The notes under the pieces were generated by a model. That model saw only the letters and a list, made by a program, of their open reading frames with translations, did no database searches and was not told the origin of the DNA. DNA of 64,000 bases from Bigelowiella natans CCMP2755 (Eukaryota > Protista > Cercozoa), in the NCBI GenBank assembly GCA_000320545.1, contig ADNK01000313.1, positions 190,779 to 254,778 on the forward strand. Direction: 5' to 3'. Of this stretch, positions 40,433 through 57,192 are shown in pieces. Position numbers and translations under genes: made by a program. Numbering within the stretch: the stretch's first letter is position 1; each line of letters starts with the position of its first letter.

Positions 40433-40486
40433 CTATCTACGTGCACATAGGTTCATTAGCGTGACATACCCTCTTGAAAGTAGCAC

Positions 40487-40708
40487 TCAAAACATCGTCT
40501 CGCTGGTATCTATTATGCCATGGGACTTGAGCTTCACAAAAGTGTGCTTCTTCCTGGACTTAAACTCTTCAGAAGGCGGAGATATGACGCTTTCGGTGCT
40601 ATTACGGTCACTTCTCCGCTTCTGCAAATCTTGGGCAGCCTAAGTATCAGCATATTCACTAGATATATTCGCTGAAGACGCAGACATATAGAGAGAAGGA
40701 GAGAAAGA

Positions 40709-40752
<44 letters not shown>

Positions 40753-41000
40753 ACCTTTATTTGCTGGTCAATGCCAGCTGCTTCTTCCGTGACAATGTCC
40801 CCCAACTCGGACTGGATCTTATTCAAGACCTTCTTCCTGAGGGCCAGCTTCAGTCGGTTCCCCCCCCTTCTTGGTGCCCCTTCTGAATATGTTATTTATG
40901 AAACGGCCCCCTTCCTGCGGAAAGCGGGCCTTTTTGGATAAAAAACGGAGATTTTTTTTGGGATTAAAAGGTTAAGTTAAACCCCCCCCCCCCCCCCCCC

Positions 41001-41039
<39 letters not shown>

Positions 41040-44000
41040 ATTGTCGGACCTTATTCAGAACCTTCTTCTCTTCATCATCCTCCGTGGGCAGCAGCGCGCG
41101 CGCTTCCTCTAAGAACTTAGCAGCTTCTTCCCGACGTCGCGCTTTCTCCTTTTCTATGATCCTCAATCGCTGCTTTCGGATGAATTCCTTCCGCTGCGTA
41201 TGAGGGGCGCAATGCACGAAGAAGAGCACTATTAGGGGTAGCTATTACGCTTTTGGTGCTGTATATAAAACATATCGTTTTTCCATTCATCGTGCCACAC
41301 CTTAGCAAGGTCCTCCTTGCTCTCTTTGGCAGCTTTAGCCAGCGCTGCGTCGAAATCTGCGCGCTCCTTCTTGACGATGGAGGCGTTCTTCTCGAAAACC
41401 TCGAGCGCCTTCTTCCTGGTCCTCTGTATCATCGTATTGCAAGATCAAATAAACTCATCTCGCAAAAGCCCCAAGCGATGCAACAATTTTAGGGCGGACA
41501 CGTTGTGTTATTTGTGAGACATTCGAAACATGATGTGGGAAACAAGGGATATCGCTGCTGGGCTATGCTGTCAGCAATTCGGATGTCGCCGTAGAATGAA
41601 CCACCTTCTTCCCCAAAAAACCTTTTGGGGTCGGCATTGCTAATGTTGCTACCGTCGCTGGCACAGCAGGTACAGAGAGATATTCCCCCTTTCGTCGCAC
41701 ACCTACGCAAGATCTACTACTATCACCTGGTACTTCGGCGCAGCAATGGTGGGAAGTTTCTGCGAGGTTATCTTTGCTAGTTTGCTGCCGCCTTTCCTTT
41801 TCGAGTGCACTTTGGCACCGTTGTTTCTGCTGTCGTCAAGGTCGATATAAACGACGTCCTTGTCGCCTTTTGTTACGGGAATACTGACATTATGCCTCGG
41901 TTTTGCGTCTTTCGCGGCAGTATTGTTGAGATCGGAGGTAGAAAGGGCCTTGGCAGGGTTCTTCTCCTTCTCAACCGCAGCTCTCGCTTGCACAGAAGCG
42001 ACCTCTGACTTGGCGTCATTTTCTTTGGTGGCTGCAGCAGCCTTAGCAGCAGCCTTACTAGTTATGGTGCTTGCCGTCGTCGTCGTCGGTGTTGCAGTCT
42101 TTGTCTCCTTAGGTGCTACTACAACTGCTGCTGCCGCCGAGCTAGCACGCAGCTTCTCCAGTGCCAGGGATAGGGCGATTGCTTGTTCCAAATCAGCCTT
42201 ATTGTACGCATCGTCATCGTCATCGTCTTCGTCATCGTCATCATCATTATCATCTCACATATCAAAGCTCGTGAATCTCAGCATCATTGCTACTATGACT
42301 GTCGGTGGAGCCTTTGCACGAACGAAATATGAAGAGAAAACTTCGAATCAATTTCTGGCAAACCAAACCAAACCAAACAAAACAAAGCAAAACCCACCTG
42401 TTCCTTTTCCAACCTCGCCTGCTCCAGAGTAGCCTCCAGTAACGAGGCCTCGATTGCCTGAAGAGAGTTAGTGTTTGTAAGGTTGTGGCGGAGGTGCTGC
42501 TAGCCTGTTGCTTATTCTCCATTCGTGTGATTGTAGTTGTTGTTTTTGTTGGGCGGTGGGCATGTACAGGCAGTCGCACGCTTTAACAGTGATCCCCGTC
42601 AGCAATGAAAGGAGAGGAGGAAAAGCTGTGGTTAGTACGACACGCTTTACCAATACGAAGATCTACTACACTATAAGTACTGCTCTCCTGTATAGTAGTG
42701 ACCGTTTGTATGTCCGCGCTCAGAATGAGCTCCTCCTCATTGGTCATCTGTCCTTGTGGCTGCTGCTGCTGCTGCTGCTGCTGGAGGGTGCTTGCGAGCT
42801 GGGCTTTTACCTCTGTATTTCAACCATGACCAAGTTACGCTCCCCCACCGGTACTCAATCATTTTTTGTGAAAGTACGCACAGTGATGTATTAGAAAGGG
42901 AAGGGGGGGAGACAGATCTTAGGGAAGAATCCGCACCTGATGTGGTCGCGTCGGTGTTTGCCACACGTTGGATCTCCGTTTGCATGTCTTTCAGTGCGCT
43001 TTCGGTGTTGTATACAGCAAGAATACACCAACCAATTTAGGAGCAAGAATCGCATTTATACGGTCCATTTATCTTTAAGACTGCGACGACAACGAAAATC
43101 TTGGCTTTCATACCTGATTGCTTGCATTGTGAGCTCTCTGTTTCGTTTGACCATGATGGTCTTGAAGACTGGTTAATATGATGATCATGATGACCAAAGT
43201 TAGAAAGGAGGGATTGGAGGAGGAAAACAGCGGAACCACAGCAAATGTGCAAGCATCGCCAATAGATAATGGTTAGCCAGGAAATAATATTACGTAAATA
43301 ATCCTCCGCCGCACAAATTTCTCTTAAAAGCTTCGCGGCCTGTGGCTTGTTGACGTTCTCCGAAATAGCTGTTGCAAATTGCTCGTCCGTCACTCCGATC
43401 TCGGACAAATGTGAAGATAGCGTCGCCTCCACTAGCGCGCAAAATTTCTGCGTTTACACCACAAATCATTGAAGCCCAAAATTTAGGATCTTGAATAGGA
43501 TGAAGCTAATAGGATTTTCGACGTGATGACTTGGGAACGGGAAATTGCAAAAGCAGCACAATGAAAACTTGTCGCAGTGTGATGGAGGAGCCTTGTTTCA
43601 GCAATTTATGTGTCAGACAGTCATCTGAGAAACATGATTCCGCCGATTCTATATAAACACACGTTGTGCACTTCAGTGAACGCTAATTTATTCTCCTCCT
43701 CCTCGTCGAAGACTATGCAGTTTTCATCAATGAAGTTCTTTATCTTGGACGTCCTGAATTGGTATGCGTGTGAGTGAGTGAGTGAGTGAGTGAGTGAGTG
43801 AGTATGGACCAAATCGGGGATTCGATGAAAGCCAGGACGAAATCAAACCTGATATATAATTGTAATGCAGTGGTTGGAGGGAAAGCATCAATTCTACAGT
43901 CAACACTGGGGACACCATCACTGAGAAATGACATCGAAACCATGGAAACTTAATCATCGATGAGCTAGCAGCCCCAGATAATATCTTATCTGCACGGTGC

Positions 44001-44170
44001 TCGAAGTTGGCATAGCGCCCCCTCCCCATTCCTCCCTCCCACGTTGGAGGGCGATCGTCGTGACTTCGCAGCAGTCGCGCGCATCGAAAGATGTTGAAAA
44101 AGTTGGAAGTTTCGGGGCATCATTCTCGCTCGTACATCCATTCGCGAGGGTCTTCTTTGGCCGCCGCCAT
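40487..44170 (-). CDS. CFAP36: CFAP36/CCDC104-like protein (BART domain, UIM-like motifs, coiled coil)
   Basis: MAAAKEDPREWM/FDFVLAFIESPIW/TSKIKNFIDENCIVFDEEEENKLAFTEVHN/KFCALVEATL..AAEDYL/FKTIMVKRNREL is the BART signature; later DLEQAIALSL and RKEFIRKQRLRII. Confidence 0.85.
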
Positions 44171-44541
44171 GGTCAGATCGGATGGGGCTGACAGCAGTAC
44201 CAGCAGGATGTGAAATATGCACAGATATGTATTCATGTATACTTTTATCTACGACAACATTATTCCTATGTCGCAATGAGAAAATACAGACATTTTTTAT
44301 AAAATAAAGAGATCGATCATTTTTTTTCCAAGGAGATAAGTGAAAGCAAGCTCTCCGAGGCGGAGAAGGAGGGAGGAGGAGGAGCAGAGCAGGAGCAAGT
44401 CGCAAAAATCGGCACCGCCGCTGCCTTAACACGTGCGCGCCTGAATTGGTTGCGTTTGCTGCTGTTATTGTTGCTGTTGCTCCTGGTGAAAGATGCCCTT
44501 ATCTGAATAAAGCCTTTGATTGCGAGGGGGCGATTTCTTCT

Positions 44542-44579
<38 letters not shown>

Positions 44580-44674
44580 ATCTACAGCGCGCTTTCACAC
44601 TCGGACGCGCTTTCTTGAGAGTATACTTGTACCTGCTTTGGATAGATCGTCACAAATCACAGCGAGTGTGGCAA

Positions 44675-44953
44675 ATGGAGAAGGAAATTAAGCCGGAACA
44701 GCTTGTCGGAACTGACACGGAACCGCGGCAGACGGGGGGAGGGGGGGACAAGACCAAAAAGACTACTAAATCACCCTTCCTCGTTATTTTCGATTTCGAC
44801 TGGTCTCTCATAAATGAGGTAGGTTTCCTCCCAGATCGCCCTTAATCCTCTTGATTAACCTTCAGTCATGATGATTGCTCTTAAAAAATCAGAATAGCGA
44901 TATATGGATTCTAAGGCAGCTTATACCGGAACAGGTGAGAGGAAAAGAGATAG

Positions 44954-45016
<63 letters not shown>

Positions 45017-46063
45017 ACAGCCGTGTTCGCATTGATCTATATACGTGTTTCGAAGACAAGGCTGATACGACAACATTTTCCCTTAGGAGAACGATCTTCG
45101 TAAGATAATGAAGACTGTCCACTTTACAGACGCCATGCACGAGGTGCAGTGAGGCTCCATCCCACCTCCTTTCTCTGTACACACATAAGTATATTCATAT
45201 GTTGGCTCTCCCGCCTAAGTACTCTGGGTAACTTTATCTTTCCTCTTGATCGATATTCCTTCTCTGATTTTACTGCTCAGGGCATGCGACGAGTGCACGA
45301 GGCCGGAATTTCAAAAGAGCGGCTCATCGAGACACTTAGGAAAATCCCCTTCTTTGCCTCCATGCGCGAGGTGGTGCCTCCCTCTCACAGTAACACTCGC
45401 ACGTGCAATCTGTGGCCATATCCTGTCCGTTGAGCAGAGCCAGAGCATTTGTATGGCTCGATTTTCTCGGTGAAGAGAGAAATGAGGCATTTTGCTGGCG
45501 GCTCGTAGCTGTGAACAGATATGAAGAAATCATGACTAAGATGTGCATCTCTTTTGTGTCATCCGTCGTCGTCGTCGTCGTCGTCGTCGTGTGTCATCAT
45601 CTTCATTTCATCAATACCATCTTCAGAAATTGCCGTCATGTACAGGCTGTGTTCGCAATGAAGGAAAAGGGTCACCGAATCTACATTCTCAGCGACGCCA
45701 ACACGGAGTTCATCGACGCCATCCTCTCCGGCTACCCTGGTTCGTCACTTGATCCACAAAGAAAGAGAGCACGAGAGATTCTTTGACCAAAAGGAAATAA
45801 TAATAACAATAATAATAATAATAATAATGTCTCTTTGGAGGAAGCTGAGCTAGACATCTCGCACCTCGCTCCTCCTCCGACCTTACAACGTTGTGATGAG
45901 ACGCCGTAGATATATGGCTGTGGTATATCTCCTCCGGTTCTTCTTTTCCTCTCCCCTTCTTGTCTTCTTCCTCTGGGTGCCTCTTCCCCTTGGTGCCTCT
46001 TCCCTTTTAAACTTATGAAGTATTCTCTCATTAGTATATGCTGCTTCCTCTCCCCTTCTCTCT

Positions 46064-46102
<39 letters not shown>

Positions 46103-47697
46103 CTCCCCGCCCCTTCTTCCAGGGCTGAAAGACTGCTTTGTCAAAGTGTATTCTAATATCGGCCACTTTGACGACAATGGGCGCTTGCACATCAAGTGAG
46201 AAGGGGAAGGGGGAAGGGGGGGGGGGGGAGAGGAGGTGGATGGAAAGGAGAAGGACGTGAAGCCCAACGAAGATTAAGAAAACTAAGAAATCTTTAATAA
46301 GACAGAAAGAATCGATGTTGAAAAGTGCTTCAGAGATCTCCGCGTTCCTCCCAATTTCCCTTATATTTTTTTCTCTTTTTCCTGTTTTGCTTCTTTCCTC
46401 TCCATCCTACCTCCAGCCTTGAAACTTTGTCGTCAGCTCTTCATCTACCATTCTTTAACAGTTGATCACTTTGCTGTTTAATGATGCCAGATACTACCAT
46501 CAAAGCAGTCACGGATGTAGCTCTCCGTGCCCTAAAAATCTCTGCAAAGGCGTCGTCTTAGACGAGATCCTCGAAAAGGAAGGCATGGTCGTTATACGAA
46601 GTGATGAGTGATGGATGAGCATGAGTGCATTATTTTAAGTGTGGTGATGACAACGGACGACGAAGACGAAGACGACGACGATAATCATGCTGATGACGAT
46701 GATGATGCTGCTGGTGACGGTGATAATGTGGTTGAAGAATGATCATCGCGCACAATCGAAATGCGCAAAGCTAAAAACCCTACCTCTTCCCACATCCCAA
46801 ATACCACGCAAAGCGGCGGCGATCAGGGGCTAGGAGAGAGGAGAAAAGCTATGGAGGAGGAGGAGAAAGGAGGGTGGTGTATATTGGCGACGGAGGTCAA
46901 TGCGGTGCAAGTTATTAATCTTCGCTTCGAATTCCCCCACCCCCCCACCTTTCCCTTTTCTCCTCTCTTGACTTGTGAATTTTGGCTGGCCGCAGGGAAT
47001 GACGTGTGCCCTGCAATGCGCTTGGATTCTATTGATTACGTCTTCGCTCGATCAGGGTGTGGGTGGATATCAGTCTCATAATGCTACTCTTTTTCTTCTT
47101 CTTCTACGACCACGATGACTACCACCACCACCACCACCACTACTGCTAATACTAGTACTGTTATTGCTACTTCTGCTGCACTTGGACCTATCCGATCAAT
47201 GCGCAATCTCAATCTCTTTGCCGTACCCATGATCATCCTGTCAGGTTTCGATTATCAAAAGCTCTTACTAAATCCAAACCTGGTACTAAATAGAGGAGGA
47301 TAGCAAGCAAAGCAGCGCAAATAGTCGCTAGCAGTCCTAGTAGAATTGCGAGTAAAATTTCTGGTTTGCCGTGTAAATAACTTTCCATTTGGTTGCTCCC
47401 CATTCAACTCATTCCCTCCGCCCCCCCTTGCCCCCTCTTTATCCCCCCTCCCTCCCTCCTCTCTCCTTTCCCACCGTCTACTTCACCAATGCAGCAGCGA
47501 AAGTGTTGATGTGGTCGAACGGGGATGAGGCTAAAGCTCACTTCGATTCTGTCGTCTTTGGGGGCACCGGATGTCCATACATCGAAGCCGCAGCAGCAGC
47601 AGCAGCAAGGTTCAAGAAAAGAGGAACAGCAACGAATGTCCTCAGAATGCACTCGTGCTTCTTCCATGTCAGTAACGATACGTACAATAATCAATAG
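44675..47697 (+). CDS. PHOSPHO1/2-PECP family HAD phosphatase
   Basis: LVIFDFDWSLINE/NSD (motif I), ILSDANTEFI (II), HGCSSPCPKNLCKG (III), VYIGDG/GNDVCP (IV). Confidence 0.9.
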
Positions 47698-47899
47698 TAG
47701 TGGCAAAGACATTCATCTCATCATCGTTACCTAGCGTCCTCCTCCCCCCCCCCCCCCGCGCCTAAAAGTACGCACACACACACACTCACACGTGGACGCA
47801 TAAACGCATGGGCGCATTCGCTTCTCCCAGCTGATGCCGCAGCAGCCCTATCTCTGATGATGAGGGGCTCTTCTATCAGGACGACTACTCCTTCACACT

Positions 47900-49063
47900 T
47901 TGGACAAACTATCATCCTCTTCTATCACCCCCTCCCCTCTCAGCGTCAGAACGCTGCAAGCGCGCGTGAAAGACTACTCGTTCCTCGTGTGCGGAATCCA
48001 TCCCAGCCTGCTTAAGTTCATACGCGGCACTCTCTCCTCCTCCTCCTCCTCCTCCTCCCCCTCGATGCAGAGCACGAAAGGAGGCGAAGACGGCAGCGGC
48101 AGAGAAGGGTAGTACAAGACCGATTTGCTAGATAGTAACCCAACTGAGCTGGAAGTAGTAGCCCTGTATGCGAGGCAGAGCGCAATCATCAGCATCTGTT
48201 ACTCGCCACGGGCTACTTCGGGTCACCACGCGATGTGTGGGTGAGTGTGTGTGTGTGTGTGTGCGCGCGCAATGTGCAGTGTGCACAGGGGATTTTTTTT
48301 TTGGTTTCCAAAAAAAGGAAGTTGCGCTTGTTGTTATGTGAAGAGACGGCGGTTTGAAGACCTGCACGCCCTCACAGGAAGCGCGAGGAGCAGGGCATGG
48401 CGAGTATATTGCACGGAGTGAAGGCGGCCCTCAAGGCTGCCAACGTGATGACGGATGACGGCGAGAGGAGGAGGAGGAGGAGGACTAGGAAGGGGAGGAG
48501 GAAGAAGATGAAGGGGGAGAACGACGGGCTGGGCGATAGCCATGATGACAGCGGCGACGATAGCGGCGGCGGCGGTGGTGGTCATAGCCCTTCGGGTGAA
48601 GTAACTGTTGGGATTACCCTTGGAACTATCCACGCAGACCGGATCGTGCTTGCCAAAGGAGATGAGGTACTGCGACGATCGTAAGTATGTAGAGTAGCGG
48701 GTAGTAGCAGCAGTGCTGCTGCCATTTTTTGCTTCTTTTGATAGGTGTAGTTGGTGTGGTGGGAGAAATTTCAAAACGTCCTTTCACCAGAAGAAGCAGT
48801 AGATGATGGTGGTGGTGATGATGCGTCTCACTGTCTTCTATTATTCGGGTAGATTTTCCTTTTTCAAAGTCTGCATATCAATAGCCCATCGTCGACCTAT
48901 GGATGGTTTGTCATTACTTTGTCATCAGGACGTGATTGTGTGCTTCATACTGGATCCCCTGGATATAGACAGCAAGCAGATAACATTTATGAATCGGAAG
49001 ACTATGAAACTAGGAGCGCAAAAAGCGAACGTAGTTCTTTACAAGTGGGTCCTGAAGGAATAG
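47900..49063 (+). CDS. Hypothetical coding exons; separate gene or 3' extension of the phosphatase
   Basis: In-phase exons ..MQSTKGGEDGSGREG/KREEQGMASILHGVKAALK..IVLAKGDE/DVIVCFILDPLD..YKWVLKE*. No clear start. Confidence 0.5.
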
Positions 49064-50048
49064 GGGCGGCGGCTGTATCTCATCGCCTGCTTCACACGCA
49101 CCAACAGAACTAGAAATATTCATGCTGTGGTGATAATATGGTGACGCAGCGGAAAGTTACATCTGCTGGACGTATAAACTATCGATGGTGTAGTCGTGGC
49201 ATATCTCGATGCATATGGATGGATCGATCGTATCGAAGACCTGTGCGACCTCCAGAGCGTTGTGACCTCAAGCGATACATGTATGTACAGTGGAAGCCGA
49301 CGGAGCATGCATTGTGCGTAGCTAGAGCATGCACAGCGCCCAGCTAACCAGTCTAGCTAGCTAGACTAGTAAAACTGCGGCGACGACGGATGCAATAAAT
49401 CTATTAAATTTGTTCAATGGGCAGCATGCTAGCATGTATGCATCACACTACTACATATTTCGTTGTTCGCCCGTTACGTTGTAACAGCATTGCACAGCTG
49501 CATTTGCTAGTAGTTAGGATGACTGTTGAAGTCCATTTGATCTACACACAGCAATCACAACACATGCTAGCATGCTAGCATGTCAGCACATCCGTCTCAT
49601 TATCACAATCTAGCAATGCTAGAATGTGTGCCTTTGCCATCGATCACAAATGATGTGATGCTGATGGAACAAAATAATGATCAATGGATATGCGATGCAT
49701 TTTGGAGATCATCACACATAGCAAATCTAGAAATGCTAATGATGAGTCTAGCAATAAGTACGAACTCCCTACTTCAACGATGCGAATATTGCTATCATTT
49801 TTATTTGCGTGCGCATTAGATTGCGTGTTAAAATATGCAGCAGGCTGCTGCATGCGTGTCTAGACTCATGCCTACATAGCATTAGCATCATGTGTATACT
49901 AAATTACAGGAAGCAAACGGTGGAACTAATAATTACACTGTATTGTTGCCAAGACGACATGCGAAACAGGTATGCAAAAAAATGCATATCTAAGCGACTA
50001 TCATCAAAACACAATGCTGCGATACTACAATTGCCATGAGCGCGTGAA

Positions 50049-51188
50049 TTAAGCATCAACCGGCGCAGCTTGTCCAAAAATACCGAGAAGGATTGCACCC
50101 ACTAGAACAACAGCAGCCCCAGTGAAGAATGTGCCAATAGCCTTCATACCACGAATTTCATTGAAAACAGTGATTCCCCAGATGCCAGCGACTAAGAGGC
50201 AGCACTGCGTCAAAGGATATCCAACAGAAAGTCCGAGAGGTGGCAGGCAAGCGAAAATGTTTCCGATGTTTCCAGCATTCCAGAGAGCCCCCGAAATGAT
50301 ACCAGGAAGAGCACAGGTTTCAATATGGAGCTTGGGCATGTCAGAGAACATTGCACGGGCAGCAAGGACCACCATGTTGATGATCATCAGGGAGAGCCCG
50401 AAACCGACCGCATAAATAGCTAAGATTTAATAATAATAATGATAGTAATAATAATAATCAGACTCAGGCCACAGACACAGACTCAACAAATGTGACTTGG
50501 TCAGTAATAAAATCTTCTTCAGATCTTACCAGAGTTGATGCCGTCTTGGAATGGGTATACCGGAGCAAGACGGAAAGGAACCATGCAAGAACCACACAGA
50601 AGACCGATCATGACACATCCGAACAGACCTGAGGAGTAAACGATGTTCCAAAAGTTGTGAGGCGTCGCCGAATAGATTTGTTTGCGATTCGTAATTGATT
50701 GGTTTATGCACATTTATTCCAGTCACCTTTGATCGGCTGCACTTCCTTCGCCTTAGGGTGGTCCATCTGCGAGTATTCCCCACCTTCGGCGTCTGCAGCT
50801 CTATTCTTCAGAGGACGGGTCTCACCATCATCATCAGGAGGGGACACCTCCACGAAAGAAAGCATACCGATACCACAGAGCTGCAATAATGAAAGAAACA
50901 AAGCGTCGAAAATCATACACTCGATGCGCATGGACATCAACACTATCTACCCCAACCATTCACTGACCAGAATTCCGCCCCCGAGAAGGGTCAGAAGAAG
51001 ATCACTGGGAGTCTCTTGGAAGTAGAAGAATCCGCATAAGAACGATTGAAGAGCAACGCATCCAGCCCAGATGGCCTACAATTGACACCCCACATGGGTT
51101 AAAGATTCGTGAATGAAATGTATGTGCGGTTGAATACATGTATATTTATATGTGGTTATGTGTGTGATCTTATTTAGAGTCAGATTTC

Positions 51189-51225
<37 letters not shown>

Positions 51226-51693
51226 GTCCCTTAGCAATGCCGATCCACTCCACGGTCTAAGAAGATTAGGACGGAATTCAGTATGTATGTCGTTACATGA
51301 TGATCATCTGATATGATGAGTACCAGGACACAAAAAAGGCATCCTGGTGCGAATAGAGCTGCTCCAGCAGTAGACCACCTAAAGTAAAACATTCACAAAA
51401 TCCGTTATCTCTGCATCTCGAAGGTCTCTCAGAAATCAACCCCCCCTCAGTAACCCCTCCCTCCCTTCTTTCTAACACGGGTGATACCAGGTGAAATTCC
51501 ACGGCAAGAACAGGAGGATGGGTAGAGAGGATAGAAAGACTCCGATCCCCATATACATGTTGAAAACCATCGAGTCCAGGTTAGCAGCAGCTACGTCTTT
51601 CGCCTTCATGGGCAGGGTAAAGGATCCCCACCCCAATAGGGCCACCGCCACGCCTGCGAGCCCGAGATACAGATTGTCGCCTTCAGCACTCAT
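50049..51693 (-). CDS. TMEM144-like drug/metabolite-superfamily transporter
   Basis: MSAEGDNLYLGLAGVAVALLGWGSFTLPMK..DSMVFNMYMGIG..IGIAKGQ/AIW..GIISGALWNAGN..LGLSVGYPL..VAGIWGITVFNEI; about 10 TM segments. Confidence 0.88.
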
Positions 51694-51844
51694 ATTCTTA
51701 TCTGGTAATCCGCACACACAAAAACGCACACAACAGGTCCATCACTCCAAAGTTCGCAACGGGCGGGAACGAAAAATGCTGGTAAAACGATCTTATTCCA
51801 GGGGAGAGGAGAATCCGGGAGGGGGGGGGGGGGGGAGGCACACC

Positions 51845-51882
<38 letters not shown>

Positions 51883-52710
51883 TCACAGTAGTGTGGTAGT
51901 GTATGTAGGCGTTGATGCACCTGGTGGAAGTTTACCGTTCATCTCGGCTGGAACGCCCTGTTTCCTTACGCGCGACAATGATAACGCTGCGTGTTTGCGA
52001 GTGACTGGGCGTGCCCCAAGAGTCATCCGAAAGAATCGAAAAGTGCCGTTTGTTTCGGCCAGAACCCGATACCGGCTCGAAAATCTGCGAATCGCCTCGG
52101 CCATTCCCAGCCGCAGGACAAGAGGCGCTTCGATTTTTCCCCGGCGGAAGGTATTCCCGGTGAATACCGCTCGCTGGCGTCCGGTTCCTGGGCACCTGCG
52201 AATTTTTAAAAATCAATCGAAAGAATGCGATAAATTCTTCGGGCAAGCTGCACCCCAACAGCCGACAACATGGCCCCAATAATGAACACTCCTGGTGCAA
52301 CTTCTCGTGCATTTCGCTTGTCGCGGACGGAACATCTTCTCTTTGTTCAGCCACAACAGCATGAGGCGATTCAGACACAAGTTTTCCAGCATATTGCGCG
52401 GGAATTAGGGTAAATATGGCGTGTTTTTATTTTTTTCACTCACAATTCTTGTCATTCATGAAGAAACTCGGGAACGAACCCTGGAGTTTTGTCTGAAGAT
52501 GTGTCCAACTTCTACGTTCATACCACTTGAAAAACGTCCTCTATTCGTGTACGTTAGGTCACGGAAGGCTCATTACGGACTGTTGCCTTTTGCCTCATCC
52601 TTCCCAAGTTCGGCTATTCAACAGATCTTTCGAGTATCAGCTGGTCTGAAAGGTGGTGGTAGAGGCACACAAAGGCAGGCTGTCCTAGTGTCTGCATTTC
52701 GTGTGAAGAA

Positions 52711-56250
<3,540 letters not shown>

Positions 56251-57192
56251 GACTACTACAAAGACTGCAGTGGAAAGGAGGTTATGAGGGGGAACCAGCG
56301 GGCAGGGATAATCGGAGCCGGCGGCCGCGGCGATCTATTGCGTATCTATTGCGTATCTATTGCGTATCTGTGGCACATGCTACTAACTGACATCTCTCAG
56401 CAGTCTGCTTAAAGTGTATTACTTATATACATATATTTATACGTATATTTTTTATTGTAATATGTGTGTGCAGTGTATATCTGTTAGCATGTATGAAACC
56501 TATCTGTCTACATACATTCACCAGATGAATTAGAAACTATCGAACAATTTAAATGTTGCAGTTATTATACATGATCGATCTACTTACCAAGTAATCGAAG
56601 TCAAAGTTTGTGGGAAATGCTTCAAGAGTGTACCCAAGAGGCCGTGTGCTAGTGTGCTCGCCATAATGGTGCGCGCTATGATCTCCGCAATGTATTTCCG
56701 CCACATAAATACTACTAGTAAAAGCTGCCTATCTAGCCGTATCGCCTATGAAGGGGGCGTAAGAGCGCTACGCATAGACACGCATGTGGCTAAACTTGGA
56801 TGTTGCAAATATCGTTAGCAATTGCAATGCAGTGTAAAGTTTTAGCAGGTCGAAGCGCAGCACACGATATCATAACTAGAGAATAATGAGTTCATGAAAT
56901 CAATGCTATACATCATCCTCAGGCTAGTCCATGCGTGGCCATGCCCAAGTCTGTCGACTTTTTGTGCAACACGTGTCACGCATGTGCTACATCGAGCGAC
57001 TTGTTAATTAGCGTCCGTGTGATCGATACGAATCGAAGATAATTGAAAATGTAATTATTACGAAGAACCCCACGGTGAAAGACACGTATTCATTCAATAC
57101 ACTTAAACTGGGGCTGATGTTTCAGTTGAGTTGCAAACAAGCTGTCTTCAGAGAACACGCGTAGAGAAAGAAACAAAGTGTTATTGTACGCA

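Noticed and set aside
40855-41001. Apparent frameshift in a CFAP36 exon
   Set aside because: Homopolymer-laden sequence beside poly-C and (CA)n looks like low-quality base calling.
51491-52378. Long ORFs (263 aa +, 148 aa -) in the TMEM144/protease divergent gap
   Set aside because: Partly antisense to TMEM144, run through microsatellites, and have no motifs; likely chance ORFs in GC-richer promoter DNA.
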